From an uncultured Microthrixaceae bacterium (GTDB lineage Bacteria > Actinomycetota > Acidimicrobiia > Acidimicrobiales > Acidimicrobilacustridaceae): DNA of 64,000 nt. This document shows, piece after piece, positions 10,705 to 23,000 of this stretch. How positions within the stretch are numbered: position 1 is the first letter of the stretch; each line of letters begins with the position of its first letter. The DNA lies in assembly GCA_963797225.1 (NCBI GenBank), contig CAWCOO010000003.1, positions 13,202-77,201 on the forward strand, given 5' to 3'. The notes under the pieces are model-generated. The model had not been told where the DNA came from, made no database searches, and saw nothing but the letters and a program-made list of their open reading frames with translations. The position numbers and the translations under genes are program-made.

Positions 10705-11808
10705 TCAGGCCGAGGGCAGCGGCGCGTCGGGGTGGTGCTCGTGCGACGCCAGGACCGTCTGGTACGCACCGGTGGACTCGATCCCGGGCGTCTCCGGGAA
10801 GTGGCAGGCCACGGCGTGGCCCTCTCCCCGATCGATGAGCTCGGGCACCTCTTCGGCGCACTTCTCGGCGGCCTTCCAGCAGCGCGTCCGGAACCGGCAG
10901 CCCGACGGCGGATCGATCGGGCTGGGCACGTCGCCGGCCAGCACGATGCGCTTGCGGGTGCGCTCGACGCGGGGATCGGCGATCGGGACCGCCGACAGCA
11001 GCGCCCGGGTGTAGGGGTGCTGCGACCGGCGGTAGATGTCGTCGCGGGTGCCGATCTCGACGATGCGGCCCAGGTACATCACGGCCACCCGGTGCGAGAT
11101 GTGGCGCACCACCGACAGGTCGTGGGCGATGAAGACGTAGGACAGGCCCTCGTCGCGCTGCAGGTCCATCAGGAGGTTGACCACACCGGCCTGGATCGAG
11201 ACGTCCAGCGCAGAGACGGGCTCGTCGAGCACGATCATGGCCGGGTCGAGCGCCAGGGCCCGGGCGATGCCGACGCGCTGGCGCTGGCCGCCGGAGAACT
11301 CGTGGGGGTAGCGGCTGCGGTGCTCCGGCGACAGGCCGACCTTCTCGAGCAGGGCGCCGACCCGCTCGGCCGACTGCTTGAACGACATGCCGTCGTGCAC
11401 CTTGAACGGCTCGGCCAGGGCGTCGCCGACGCTCATGCGGGGGTTGAGCGAGGCGTACGGGTCCTGGAACACCATCTGCAGGCGCTTGCGCAGCGGGCGC
11501 ATGCGCCGGCCCCGCAGGTGCGAGATCTGGCTGCCCTCGAACTCGACGCTGCCCGAGGTGACCGGGATCAGGTTGAGCAAGAGGCGTCCCAGCGTCGACT
11601 TGCCACAGCCGGACTCGCCCACCACGCCGAGCGTCTCGCCCGGGTAGACCTGCAGGTCGACGTCCGACACGGCGTTGACCTTGGCCACCGTGCGGCCGAG
11701 CACGCCGCCGTGCACCGGGAACTCCTTGACGACGTGCTTGGCCTCGAGCAGCGGGACGGCCACCGGGGTCGCCGTGGTGGCGGGCTCGTCGACGGTCGGT
11801 GCGCTCAT
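10705..11808 (-). CDS. peptide-type ABC transporter ATP-binding protein (OppF/DppF-like)
   Basis: Walker [12 protein letters not shown], signature [15 protein letters not shown], Walker [14 protein letters not shown]-terminal oligopeptide-ABC extension with CRFRTRC. ATG 11808 overlaps the upstream stop (ATGA). Confidence 0.9.
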   Translation of the reverse strand: MSAPTVDEPATTATPVAVPLLEAKHVVKEFPVHGGVLGRTVAKVNAVSDVDLQVYPGETLGVVGESGCGKSTLGRLLLNLIPVTSGSVEFEGSQISHLRGRRMRPLRKRLQMVFQDPYASLNPRMSVGDALAEPFKVHDGMSFKQSAERVGALLEKVGLSPEHRSRYPHEFSGGQRQRVGIARALALDPAMIVLDEPVSALDVSIQAGVVNLLMDLQRDEGLSYVFIAHDLSVVRHISHRVAVMYLGRIVEIGTRDDIYRRSQHPYTRALLSAVPIADPRVERTRKRIVLAGDVPSPIDPPSGCRFRTRCWKAAEKCAEEVPELIDRGEGHAVACHFPETPGIESTGAYQTVLASHEHHPDAPLPSA

Positions 11809-12818
11809 CGGGTGGGCTCCAGGGATCCGGCCAGGAACTGCTTGGCGTAGTGGCAGCTCGACTCGTGCTCGGTGCGCTCGTCGACCGTGCGCAGGATCGG
11901 CACGTCCTCGAAGCAGGCGCCGTCGCGGACGAACCGGCAGCGCGGGTGGAACGAGCACCCGCTCGGCAGGTTGATCATCGACGGGGGCTGGCCGCCGATC
12001 GGGTTGAGGGGCTGGTCGTCGCCCTCGATGCGGGGCAGCGACTGCATGAGGCCCTGGGTGTAGGGGTGGGACGACTTGTAGAAGATCTCGTCGACCGTGC
12101 CCCGCTCGACCTGGCGCCCGGCGTACATGACCATGACGTTGTCGGCCACGCCGGCGACGACGCCGAGGTCGTGGGTGATCAACATGATGGCCGAGTCGAT
12201 GCGGTCCTTGATGGCCAGCAGCACCTCGAGCACCTGGGCCTGCACCGTCACGTCGAGGGCGGTGGTCGGCTCGTCGGCGATGAGCAGGTCAGGGTTGCAC
12301 GAGATGGCCATGGCGATCATGGCCCGCTGGCGCATGCCGCCGGAGAACTCGTGGGGGTGCATGTCGACCCGGCGTTCGGGCTGGGGGATGCCCACCAGCT
12401 CGAGCATCTCGATGGCCCGGTTCCGGGCGTCCTTCTTGTTGAGGCCGTCGTGCACCTGCACCATCTCGCCGACCTGGCGGCCGACGGTCAGCACCGGGTT
12501 CAGGGCGGTCAGCGGGTCCTGGAAGATCATGGCGATCTCGCCGCCCCGGACCTCCTGCATGCGCTCGGGTGAGGCGTCGAGCAGGTTCTCGCCCCGCCAC
12601 ATGATGGCGCCCTGGTAGATGTCGGCCGGCGGGGTCGGCAGCAGGCCGAGGATGCTCATGGCCGTGACCGACTTGCCCGAGCCGGACTCGCCGACCACGG
12701 AGAACACCTCGCCCCGCTCGATGTCGAACGTGACGCCGTTGACGGCCTGGACGAGGCCGTCCTCGGTCTTGAAGCGGACCGCGAGGTCCTCGACGCTCAG
12801 CAGGGTCTTGGAGTTCAT
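11805..12818 (-). CDS. peptide-type ABC transporter ATP-binding protein (OppD/DppD-like)
   Basis: From [16 protein letters not shown]: Walker [12 protein letters not shown], signature [15 protein letters not shown], Walker [14 protein letters not shown]-terminal [12 protein letters not shown] 12818 lies 2 nt after the upstream stop. Confidence 0.9.
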   Translation of the reverse strand: MNSKTLLSVEDLAVRFKTEDGLVQAVNGVTFDIERGEVFSVVGESGSGKSVTAMSILGLLPTPPADIYQGAIMWRGENLLDASPERMQEVRGGEIAMIFQDPLTALNPVLTVGRQVGEMVQVHDGLNKKDARNRAIEMLELVGIPQPERRVDMHPHEFSGGMRQRAMIAMAISCNPDLLIADEPTTALDVTVQAQVLEVLLAIKDRIDSAIMLITHDLGVVAGVADNVMVMYAGRQVERGTVDEIFYKSSHPYTQGLMQSLPRIEGDDQPLNPIGGQPPSMINLPSGCSFHPRCRFVRDGACFEDVPILRTVDERTEHESSCHYAKQFLAGSLEPTR

Positions 12819-12820
12819 TC

Positions 12821-13873
12821 CTATTCCTTCACGTCCAGCGCGTCGCGGAGGCCGTCGCCGACCAGGAGGAAGGCCAGCACCGTGAGCATGATGCAGGCGC
12901 CGGGCACGAGCAGCAGGTGCGGGGCGGTCGACAGGAAGCTCCGGGAGCTGTTGATCATCAGGCCCAGCGACGGGGTCGGCTCCTGCACGCCCACGCCGAG
13001 GAAGGACAGCGCCGCTTCGGCCAGCACGGCGCTGCCGATGCCGACGGCCACCAGCACGATGATCGGCTGGATGACGTTGGGGAGGATGTGGCGCCACACG
13101 ATGCGGAAGCCGCCGACGCCCACGGCTCGCGCCGCCTCGACGTACTCGTACTGCTTGGCCTGCAGGAACCCGGCCCGCACGACGCGGGCGGTGGTGAGCC
13201 ACGACGTGATGGCCAGGGTGAGGATGACCGCGCCGACACCCCGGCCGATGACCGCGATGAACGCGAAGGCCAGCACGAGGTACGGGATGCCGAGCAGCAC
13301 GTCGACCGTCCGCATGATGAACGTGTCGGTCAACTTGCCGCGCCAACCGGCCAGCGCTCCCAGGCTGACGCCGATCATCGTCTCGAGCATGGTGACCACG
13401 AACCCGATGAACAGCGAGAGTCGGATGCCGTAGACGGCCCGGGCCAGCACGTCGCGGCCGACCTGGTCGGTGCCGAGCCAGTGGGCGGAGTCGGGACCGG
13501 TGCGGAAGATGGTGCGCTCCTGGTGGAGCGGGTCCTGCACGAGGAACGGTCCGATGATGGCGATGATCACCAGCGCGACGACGAGCACGAGACCGAACAT
13601 CGCCAGCTTGTTCTTCTTGAACCGCCGCCAGCCGTCCTGGCGGAACGAGCGGGCCTCGATGACCTCGGTGAGCGTCGCATCCCCCCCGCTGCCCGCGCCG
13701 GCCGGCTCGACGATCGGCTTGCCGATCGTGCCCGGCCCGGCGAGGTAGCCGTCGAGGAACTGCTGGGGGGCCTCCTCGGACGGCAGCGTGTTGGCCGGCA
13801 GGTTCGGCATCAGGTTCGGCGAGACGGCCGCCTTGAGGTCGACCGGGACGTCGGGAAGCTCGTTGTTCTCCAT
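12821..13873 (-). CDS. ABC transporter permease (OppC/DppC-like)
   Basis: 350 aa, multi-TM, EAA-type loop YVEAARAVGVGGFRIVWRHILPN. The ATG shares one base with the upstream TGA. Confidence 0.9.
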   Translation of the reverse strand: MENNELPDVPVDLKAAVSPNLMPNLPANTLPSEEAPQQFLDGYLAGPGTIGKPIVEPAGAGSGGDATLTEVIEARSFRQDGWRRFKKNKLAMFGLVLVVALVIIAIIGPFLVQDPLHQERTIFRTGPDSAHWLGTDQVGRDVLARAVYGIRLSLFIGFVVTMLETMIGVSLGALAGWRGKLTDTFIMRTVDVLLGIPYLVLAFAFIAVIGRGVGAVILTLAITSWLTTARVVRAGFLQAKQYEYVEAARAVGVGGFRIVWRHILPNVIQPIIVLVAVGIGSAVLAEAALSFLGVGVQEPTPSLGLMINSSRSFLSTAPHLLLVPGACIMLTVLAFLLVGDGLRDALDVKE

Positions 13874-14877
13874 CAGGACCCCTCCCCCAGTCGCACGCGT
13901 GGGTCGAACCAGGCGTAGCTGATGTCCACCAGCATGTTGACGATGCCGTAGATCAGCACCACCACGAAGGTCAGGCCGACCAGCACGGGAAGGTCACGGC
14001 CGTCGGCGGCCTGGGCGATCTTCGAGCCGAGCCCGGGCCAGTTGAAGACGTACTCCGTGAGGATGGCCGCACCGACCAGCGTGCCGAAGTCGATGCCGAT
14101 GTAGGTGATCACCGGGATCATGGCGTTGCGCAGCGCGTGCTTGCGGGTGATCTGGTTCTCCGTGAGGCCCTTGGACCGGGCCGTGCGGATGAAGTCCATC
14201 TTGCCGACCTCGAGCATGGTCGTGCGGGCCAGGCGGGCGACGATCACGGTGGAGACCGACGCCAGCACGATGGCCGGCTGGACCATGTACTTGAACTGCT
14301 CGACCGACGCCGGGAACACACCCAGGAACCACTCGTCGGGCCCGATGCCCTGCACCGGGAAGCTGGCCCACTTGGGCCAGCCGTACTTGTGGGCTGCCAC
14401 CCCCGTGATCTGTTGCAACAGGTACGCGAGCACGAACACCGGTATCGCGCTGAGGATCGCGGCGAGCAACGTCGTGACCGTGTCCGCGACCGAGTACTTG
14501 CGCACCGCGGCGAGCACGCCGGCCCCCACGCCGATGACGGTCTCGATGGCGATGGCCCAGAAGGCCAGGCGGAGGCTGGCCGGAGCCTTGTCCTTGATGA
14601 TCTCGTTCACCGATGTGCCGTCCCGGTAGGACGTGCCGAAGTCGAACGTGACGAGCCGCCCGAGGTACTTGCCGTACTGCACGATGATCGGCTCGTTGAA
14701 CCCGTACTTCTCGCGGACGTTCTCCACGACCTGCGGGTCGGGGTTCTTGTTGGCGCCGCCGGCGATGAGCTCGGCCGGGTCGTTCGGGAGGAGGAAGAAC
14801 AGGAAGAACAGCAGCGTCACCGCGCCCCAGAGCACGAGGAGGAGGGAGGCGATGCGGCGGATGATGAATGCGGTCAC
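13873..14877 (-). CDS. ABC transporter permease (OppB/DppB-like)
   Basis: VTAFIIRRIASLLLVLWG.. N-terminus is typical of the family. EAA loop FIRTARSKGLTENQITRKHALRNAMIPV. GTG 14877 follows GGAGGGGG; the ORF extends to 14940. Confidence 0.85.
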   Translation of the reverse strand: MTAFIIRRIASLLLVLWGAVTLLFFLFFLLPNDPAELIAGGANKNPDPQVVENVREKYGFNEPIIVQYGKYLGRLVTFDFGTSYRDGTSVNEIIKDKAPASLRLAFWAIAIETVIGVGAGVLAAVRKYSVADTVTTLLAAILSAIPVFVLAYLLQQITGVAAHKYGWPKWASFPVQGIGPDEWFLGVFPASVEQFKYMVQPAIVLASVSTVIVARLARTTMLEVGKMDFIRTARSKGLTENQITRKHALRNAMIPVITYIGIDFGTLVGAAILTEYVFNWPGLGSKIAQAADGRDLPVLVGLTFVVVLIYGIVNMLVDISYAWFDPRVRLGEGS

Positions 14878-14997
14878 GGCTGAGGCCCCCTCCGGTCGGC
14901 ACCGGATCGGTGAAGATGACGAAGCGAAAGAAGGGGGCACGACACTGGGTGCCGTGCCCCCTTCTCCATTACGACAAGTGAAGCTCTGCCACCAGGA

Positions 14998-16689
14998 CTA
15001 GGACTTCACACCGACGAGCTGCCACTGGATGATGCCCAGCGGCGGCTGGTCGTAGTTCACGACCTTGTCCTTGTTGAAGACCTGGTCGCCTGTGTACCAG
15101 TTGATCGGGATGGTGGCGATAGCAGTGTTGAGGAGGTAGTCCTCGGCCTGCTGGTAGAGCTCGGCGCGCTTGGTGTCGTCAGGCTGGGCCTGCGCCTGGT
15201 TCACCAGGTCGTCGAACTTCGGGTCGGAGAACGACCCGTTGTTGTTGCCACCGACCGAAGCGGTGCTGTACAGGTCGAACATGAAGTTGCCGTAGGTCGG
15301 GTAGTCGGCGTACCAGCCGGCCCGGCAGACGTGGCAACCGCCAGCAGCCATGGTGCCGAAGTACTTCTGCGACACCGGGTTGGTCTTGCTGTCGATGCCG
15401 ATGGCCTTCAGGTTGTCCTGGACGATCGCCACGACGTCCTCGTGACCGGCACCGGTGTTGAAGTCGATCGTGATGGGACCGCTCAGCGTGTTGCCGGCAG
15501 CCTTCCAGTCGTCGAACGCCTTCTGGGCCGCGTCCTTGTCGTAGTGGCAGTACTTGCAGATGTCCGCCTTGAAGCCGGGGATGCCCGGAGGCGTGACGCC
15601 CGTCGACAGGTTGCGGGTGCCCTCGTAGACCTTGTTGTTGATCTGCTCACGATCGATGGCCTGCGAGATCGCCTGACGGAGCAGCACGTTCTTGTCGCCT
15701 GCGATCTGCGGGTCGGTGAACCCGAAGTCGAAGAAGTACGCGCCCAGCGTCGGGGACTTCACGGTGTTGCCGTAGTTCTGCTGCGCGGGACCGAACTGGC
15801 CCGGCGGGATGGTGGCGGTGTCGACGTTGCCGGACTCGAAGTCGGTGTAGCCCGACTGCACGTCCTTCGAGATCTTGAAGATGATCTTGTCGAGCTTGGC
15901 CGACGTGTTGCCGTAGACGTCACCGGCCCACTTGTCGTTGCGCACGAGCACGACCTGCTGCTCGTTGGCCGGAGCCTCCATCTTGAAGGGGCCGTTGCCG
16001 ATCATGATCATCTTGTTCCACTGCGTCTGGTCGGTCAGCTGCGACACGACCTTCTCGGGCAGGGGCCCGAAGAACGGGTGGGACACGATGGCCGGGAAGT
16101 CGGCCTGCGGCGCCTCGAGGGTGACCTTGAGGGTCATGGCCGTGTCGTCGGCGACGATGGCGTCACCCAGGTCCTTGATCGTGCCGTCCTGGAGGGCCTT
16201 GCCGCCCTTGACGTAGTTGATCAGGTAGCCGTAAGGCGAAGCGAAGTCGGCCTGGCCGTTGCGGTTCCAGGCGTACTTGAAGCTCGACGGCAGCACCGGG
16301 TCGCCGTTGGAGAACTCCTGGTTCGGCTTGATGGTGAAGGTGAACTCGGTGGCGTCGGCGTTCGACTCCCACTTCGAGGCCACCTGGCCCTTGAGCACCG
16401 GGTTCGTCTTGTCGGTGTAGTCGAACTCGGTGAGGCCGTCGTAGATGGCGGTGGTGATCTGCGACTCGTCGAGGGTCTGCACCTGGCCGGGGTCGTAGCT
16501 CGTCAGGTTGTCCGCCTGCAGCTGGGCTCCATCGATGAGCGTGCCGCCGGTCGGAACTTCAGCGGCCCCCTCGCTGGTGTTGGTCGTAGCTGTGTCTGAC
16601 TTCGAGCTCGAGCACGCGGCCGCAGAAAAGCCGAGTGCCATCACGAGTCCCAGTCCAATTAGGCGCGTAGGCCCGAATCTCCGATTCAC
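14998..16689 (-). CDS. ABC transporter substrate-binding lipoprotein, family 5 (peptide/nickel type)
   Basis: 563 aa. GTG 16689 follows GGGAGA. Signal peptide plus lipobox (..GFSAAAC|SSSKS). First gene of a 5-gene co-directional transporter operon. Confidence 0.85.
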   Translation of the reverse strand: MNRRFGPTRLIGLGLVMALGFSAAACSSSKSDTATTNTSEGAAEVPTGGTLIDGAQLQADNLTSYDPGQVQTLDESQITTAIYDGLTEFDYTDKTNPVLKGQVASKWESNADATEFTFTIKPNQEFSNGDPVLPSSFKYAWNRNGQADFASPYGYLINYVKGGKALQDGTIKDLGDAIVADDTAMTLKVTLEAPQADFPAIVSHPFFGPLPEKVVSQLTDQTQWNKMIMIGNGPFKMEAPANEQQVVLVRNDKWAGDVYGNTSAKLDKIIFKISKDVQSGYTDFESGNVDTATIPPGQFGPAQQNYGNTVKSPTLGAYFFDFGFTDPQIAGDKNVLLRQAISQAIDREQINNKVYEGTRNLSTGVTPPGIPGFKADICKYCHYDKDAAQKAFDDWKAAGNTLSGPITIDFNTGAGHEDVVAIVQDNLKAIGIDSKTNPVSQKYFGTMAAGGCHVCRAGWYADYPTYGNFMFDLYSTASVGGNNNGSFSDPKFDDLVNQAQAQPDDTKRAELYQQAEDYLLNTAIATIPINWYTGDQVFNKDKVVNYDQPPLGIIQWQLVGVKS

Positions 16690-16958
16690 GCAGGTCTCCC
16701 AGTAGGTGAGGCAATGAGGTTCACGACGAGGAGATCAGAGCGGCCCAACCACGCAGTCCCCCGTCGCAGGGTTAAGCGGAGGTGACGGTAGCACTGAAAC
16801 GCACCGTGCAACGGTCGCGGTCAAGTGGATTAATTGTTCCGAAACGCAACTGAAGTGAAACTGGTCACACCAAGCATGTCCCGCCGCGTCCTGCAAGGGA
16901 TCGCGCCGCGGAATCGGGCCGGACGGTTCAGTGCTCGCCGGGCGGTTTCAGGCCTGGT

Positions 16959-17744
16959 TCAGCCGCGGTGCTGGCGAAACTGCACGATCTTGGCGAACTC
17001 GTCGGGGTCGAGGCTGGCCCCGCCCACCAGGGCGCCGTCGATGTCGGGCTGGGCCATGAGCTCGGGTGCATTCGAGGCCTTCACCGACCCGCCGTACTGG
17101 ATGCGCACCGATGCCGCCGCCTCGGCGCCGGCCAGCTCGGCGACGGTGGCGCGGATGGACGCGCACACGGTCTGGGCGTCCTCGGTGGTGGCGGTGCGGC
17201 CCGTGCCGATGGCCCAGATGGGCTCGTAGGCGATGACCATGGCGCCGATCTGCTCGGGGGTCACGCCCTCGAGCCCCGCCCGGACCTGGCCGGTGACCTT
17301 CTCGTCGGTGCCGCCGGCCTCGCGCTCCTCGAGCGTCTCGCCGACGCAGAGGATCGGCGTCATGGCGTGCTTCAGCACGGCGTGGAGCTTCTTGCTGACC
17401 CACTCGTTCGTGTCGCCGAACAGCTCGCGGCGCTCGGAGTGACCGACGATGACGTAGCGCACGTTGAGCTTGGCCAGGAACGCGGGCGACACCTCTCCGG
17501 TGAACGCGCCCTTCTCCTCCCAGTGGCAGTTCTGCGCACCGAGGGCGATCTCGACCTTCTCCGACTCGACGAAGGTCTGGACCGTTCGGATGTCGGTGAA
17601 CGGCGGGTGAACAGAGACCTCGACGTCCTGCAGGTCGTCCTTGGTCAGGAGGTAGCGCAGCTTGTCGAGCGTGGCCGTCGCCTCGAAGTGGTTGAGGTTC
17701 ATCTTCCAGTTGCCGCTGATGAGCGGCTTCCGTGCGTCAGGCAT
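16959..17744 (-). CDS. tpiA: triose-phosphate isomerase
   Basis: From [16 protein letters not shown]..; active-site regions ..VIVGHSERR.. and ..IAYEPIWAIGTG... The ATG overlaps the pgk stop by 8 nt. Confidence 0.95.
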   Translation of the reverse strand: MPDARKPLISGNWKMNLNHFEATATLDKLRYLLTKDDLQDVEVSVHPPFTDIRTVQTFVESEKVEIALGAQNCHWEEKGAFTGEVSPAFLAKLNVRYVIVGHSERRELFGDTNEWVSKKLHAVLKHAMTPILCVGETLEEREAGGTDEKVTGQVRAGLEGVTPEQIGAMVIAYEPIWAIGTGRTATTEDAQTVCASIRATVAELAGAEAAASVRIQYGGSVKASNAPELMAQPDIDGALVGGASLDPDEFAKIVQFRQHRG

Positions 17745-18860
17745 TCGATGCTCCTCGGAGTGCCTCGAGGCCGGGCAGGTCACCGAGCTCGAGCAGTTCG
17801 AGCGAGGCGCCTCCTCCGGTCGAGACGTGGTCGACGTCGTTCTGCAGGCCGAACGCGGCGAGTGCCGCGGCGCTGTCGCCGCCACCCACCACGGTGAAGC
17901 CCCGGGCCTCGGCCATGGCCTCGGCGACCGTGCGGGTGCCCGCCGCGAAGCGGGAATCCTCGAACACGCCCATCGGTCCGTTCCAGAAGATGGTGCGGGC
18001 CTCGGCGATGAGGTCGAGGAACTCGGCCGCCGTGCCGGGGCCGATGTCGAGGCCCATCCAGCCGTCGGGGAGGCTGGTGCCCATCTGGCGCACCTCTCCC
18101 CCGGCGTCGGGATCGCCGATCTTGCCGCCCGGGCCGAGCGCGGTGATGTCGTGGGGGATCGTGATGGGCGCCCCCGAGTCGAGCAGGCGCCGGCACGTCT
18201 CGATCTGGTCCTCCTCGAGCAGGCTGGCCCCGACGGGATGGCCCTGGGCGGCGAGGAAGGTGAAGCACATGCCGCCGCCGACGATGACCCGGTCGGCCAC
18301 CTCGAGCATCGCCTCGATGACGCCGAGCTTGTCGCTGACCTTCGCCCCGCCGAGGATCACCACGAACGGCCGCTTGGGATCCTCCCGCAACGGCAGCAGG
18401 ACCTCGACCTCCCGGGCCAGCAGGCGGCCCGCCGCGCTCGGCAGGAACTGCGGCGGGCCCACGATCGAGGCGTGGGACCGGTGCGAGGCGCCGAACGCGT
18501 CGTTGACGTAGAGGTCCTGCCCCACGATCAGCTCCTGCACGAAGGCCGGGTCGTTGGCGGTCTCGCCGGCGTCGAAGCGCAGGTTCTCGAGCAGCTCGAC
18601 CCCCGGCGCCAGCTCGGCCAGCCGCGAGCGCACGGGCTCGACCGAGTACTTCGGATCGGGCGCACCCTTGGGTCGGCCCAGGTGGGTGCAGGCGGTGATC
18701 TGCGCGCCCCCTGCTGCAGCCACTCGATGGTGGGCAGGGCGGCGCGGATGCGCAGGTCGTCGGTGATCTCGCCGTCGGCGATCGGCACGTTGAAGTCGGC
18801 GCGCAGCAGCACGCGCCGACCGTCGACGTCGCCGAGGTCCTCGAGTTGGGGGACGCTCAT
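17737..18860 (-). CDS. pgk: phosphoglycerate kinase; one frame break near 18705-18715
   Basis: The N-terminal 50 aa (..[27 protein letters not shown]) are in ORF 18528..18860. The rest (..[13 protein letters not shown]....[12 protein letters not shown]) is in ORF 17737..18723. The junction lies in GGGGGCGCGC (minus strand). Confidence 0.9.
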
Positions 18861-18897
18861 CCGCGGTGGCTGGTGCTCGTGATCGCCGGGCCGAGGA

Positions 18898-19908
<1,011 letters not shown>

Positions 19909-20020
19909 TGTGAAAGCTCTCTCCCTTGAGTCTGCGACGGGTGCTATCCGATCACGTCGGCGCGACCGCTGCCAGTTGACCGGTCACCGAGCGTGACGGG
20001 CTGCGTCGTCCGTGCCGGGG

Positions 20021-23000
20021 CTAGAGGCCCTTGATCTCGACGACGGCCAGGTTCCAGCGGTCGCTGGTCGGGGCGGTGTCGTTGATCGTGACCACCGACC
20101 CGGCGGCTCCCGCGGGAGCGGTGAGGCGCTGCGACCAGAAGGTGTCGCCGACCGACGTGTCGACCCACTGGCTCACCAGCGACTGGCCCGACCCGACGGT
20201 ACGGGCCACCGAGTTGTCCCAGTCGTTGCCGACGGCGAACACCAGGGAGCCGGCCCGGGTGGTGGTGAGCGAGGCGCTCGGCGCTCCAGATGCGGCGTTG
20301 GCGGCCTGGACCGCTCCGATGCCCGACGTCGCCTGGAAGGCCACGACCGTGAGCAGCTGGTGGAAGCCGGTCCGGGCCTCGGTCGACGAGACCGTGACGC
20401 CGGTCAGCTTGGCCGCGGCCGTCGCGATCCACACCTCGGAGGTCCCGAACTGGGTGTTGGCCCGGGTGACCAGCGTCCACGTGAGCCCCGCGCCGGACAC
20501 CGTCACCGTCTGCGTGCCGGCCGTGGTCGGCCCGTCGGCGGCGACGAACGCGACCAGGGTCTCCCCGGCCTGGGCCGTGGTGAACGCCGCAGTCGTGGCC
20601 GTGGTCCCGGTGCCGTTGACCGACACCTGCGTGTCCACCAGCGGCGACGTCGGCGCCGACGGCGTGACCGCACCGGACGGCGCCGAGGCGGCACCGGACC
20701 CGATGGCGTTGGCCGCGGTCACCGTGAACGTGTAGGCCGTGCCGTTGGTCAGCCCGGTGACGGTAGCCGAGGTGACCGGCGGGCTGCCGGTGATGGTGGT
20801 CGCGGTCTGCGCCACCGCACCGATGTACGGCGTGACGACGTACGAGGTGATCGGGCTGCCCCCGTTCGACGGAGCCGTCCACGTCACGGTGGCGGAGGCG
20901 TTCCCCGCGGTCGCCACCACACCGGTGGGCGCACCCGGAGCCTGCGGCGCGGTCGGGGTGACCGCAGCGGACGCGGCCGAGGCAGGACCGGTGCCGAAGG
21001 CGTTGGTGGCGGTGACCCGGAACGTGTAGGTCGTGAAGTTGGTGAGGCCGGTGATGGTCACCGACGTGACCGGCGGGCTGCCGGTGATGGTGGTCGCGGT
21101 CTGCGCCACCACACCGATGTAGGGGGTGACCGTGTACGAGGTGATGGGGCTGCCGCCGTTGGACGGCGCGGTCCACGAGACGTTGGCCGTCCCGTTGCCG
21201 GCGGCGGCCAGCACACCGGTGGGCGCACCCGGAGCGGTCGGGGCGGTGGGCGTCACCGCGGCGGACGCGGCCGAGGCCGGCCCGAGGCCCACGCCGTTGC
21301 CGGCGGTCACGGTGAACGTGTAGGCCGTGCCGTTCGTGAGCCCGGTCACCGTCGTGGAGGTCGACGGCGGGCCGCCGCTGATCGTCGTGGGCGTCTGGGC
21401 CACCGTCCCGATGTAGGGGGTGATCCGGTACGAGGTGATCGCGCTCCCGCCGTCGGGCGGCGCGGTCCACGACAGGTTGGCGGTCCCGTTGCCGGCGGTG
21501 GCCGCCACGCCCGTGGGCGCGCCAGGCACCGTGGCCGCGGCCGGACCCTTGAGCTCGACGGCGACCAGGTTCCAGCGGTCTGCGGTCGGGGCGGTGTCGT
21601 TGATGGTGACGATCGAGCCGGCCGCCGCGATGGCCGAGGCCTGCCGCTGGGACCAGAAGGTGTCGCCGGCCGAGGTGTCGACCCACTGGCTGACCACCGA
21701 CTGGCCGGATCCGACGGTGCGGGCGACCGAGTTGTCCCAGTCGTTGCCGACGCCGTACACGAGGGAGCCGGACCGGGTGGTCGTGAGCGAGACCGAGGGC
21801 CCGCCGGAAGCCGCGCTCCCGGTCTGGACGGCGCCGATGCCCGAGCTCGACTGCGCGGCGACCACGGTCAGCATCTGGTGGAACCCCGTCCTGGCCTCGG
21901 TCGACGACACCGTGACGCCGGTCAGCTTGGCCGCGGCCGTCGCCGACCAGACCTCCGACGTGCCGAACTGGGTGTTGGCCCGGCTGACGAGCGTCCACGT
22001 CAGGCCCGCGCCCGAGACCGTGACGGTCTGCGACCCCGCGGTGGTCGGGCCGTCCGCGGCGACGAACGCCAGCAGCGTCTCTCCGGATTGGGCGGTGCTG
22101 AACGCTCCGGTCGTCGCCGTGGTGCCGGTCGCGTTGACCGACACCTGGGTGTCGATCACCGGCGACACCGGCTGGAACGGGACCACCGCCGCCGACGGCG
22201 GCGATTCGGCTCCCGGTCCGACGACGTTGGCCGCGGTCACCGTGAAGGTGTAGGTCGTGCCGTTCGTCAGGCCGGTCACGGTGGTCGATGTGGCGGCAGG
22301 ACTGCCCGACACGGTCGTCGGCGTCTGCGCCACCGAACCTGCGTAGGGCGTCACCGTGTACGCGGAGATGGTCGCGCCGCCGTCTGACGGAGCGGTCCAC
22401 GACACCGAGGCGGTCGTGTTCCCCGGCACCGCCGACACGCCGGAGGTCTGGCCCGGCACCGTCGGGGGCACCGGCGTGACCGGAGCCGACGCCGTCGACG
22501 CGGTGCCGGTACCGACCGCGTTGATGGCCGCGACCGTGAAGGTGTAGGCGGTGCCGTTGGTCAGGCCGCCGACGGTGGTCGAGGACGCCGGCGGGGTGCC
22601 GGTGACGGTCGTCGGGGTCTGGGCCACGGCGCCGATGTAGGGCGTGACCCGGTAGGACGTGATCGCGCTCCCGCCGTTCGCCGGCGCGGTCCACGACACG
22701 GAGGCCGAGGCGTCACGGGCGGTCGCGGTCACGCCGGTCACCTGGGCCGGCACCGTCGGCGGAGCGGCGGGGACGAACGAGACGTCGACCCAGTAGTTCT
22801 CACCGTTGTAGGTCGCGGCCGGGAAGCCGCTGGCGGTGCCGTAGCGGTAGACGCCGTTGCCGCTCGAGGTCGTCGAGTGCGACGCGTGCAGCGGGGCCGA
22901 GTCGACGATCCCGGGCGCGCCGCTCGCCGGCGCCGGTTGGTCGAACAGGTAGGTGCTGTCGGCCGAGTAGTGCCCCTTCGGCGCGAAGTACGACGCGACG

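Noticed and set aside
16690-16958. Promoter hexamers for the ABC operon in the 269-nt lower-GC spacer
   Set aside because: Several weak TTGNNN / TANNNT-like combinations exist (for example around the TTAATTG segment), but none has convincing spacing. A promoter is expected here, but I cannot place it.
19944-22694. Long alternative-frame ORFs (19944..22694 minus, 20012..22387 plus, and others) over the Fn3 gene
   Set aside because: They are shadow frames of the repetitive Thr/Ala/Gly-rich coding frame. Their translations are Arg/His/Gly-rich without domain signatures.
20024-22759. Regularly spaced ~300-nt repeats that could be mistaken for a repeat array or CRISPR
   Set aside because: The repeat units are about 300 and 620 nt, lie in-frame inside one ORF and encode Fn3 domains and a duplicated module. 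There is no short repeat/spacer structure and no cas genes.
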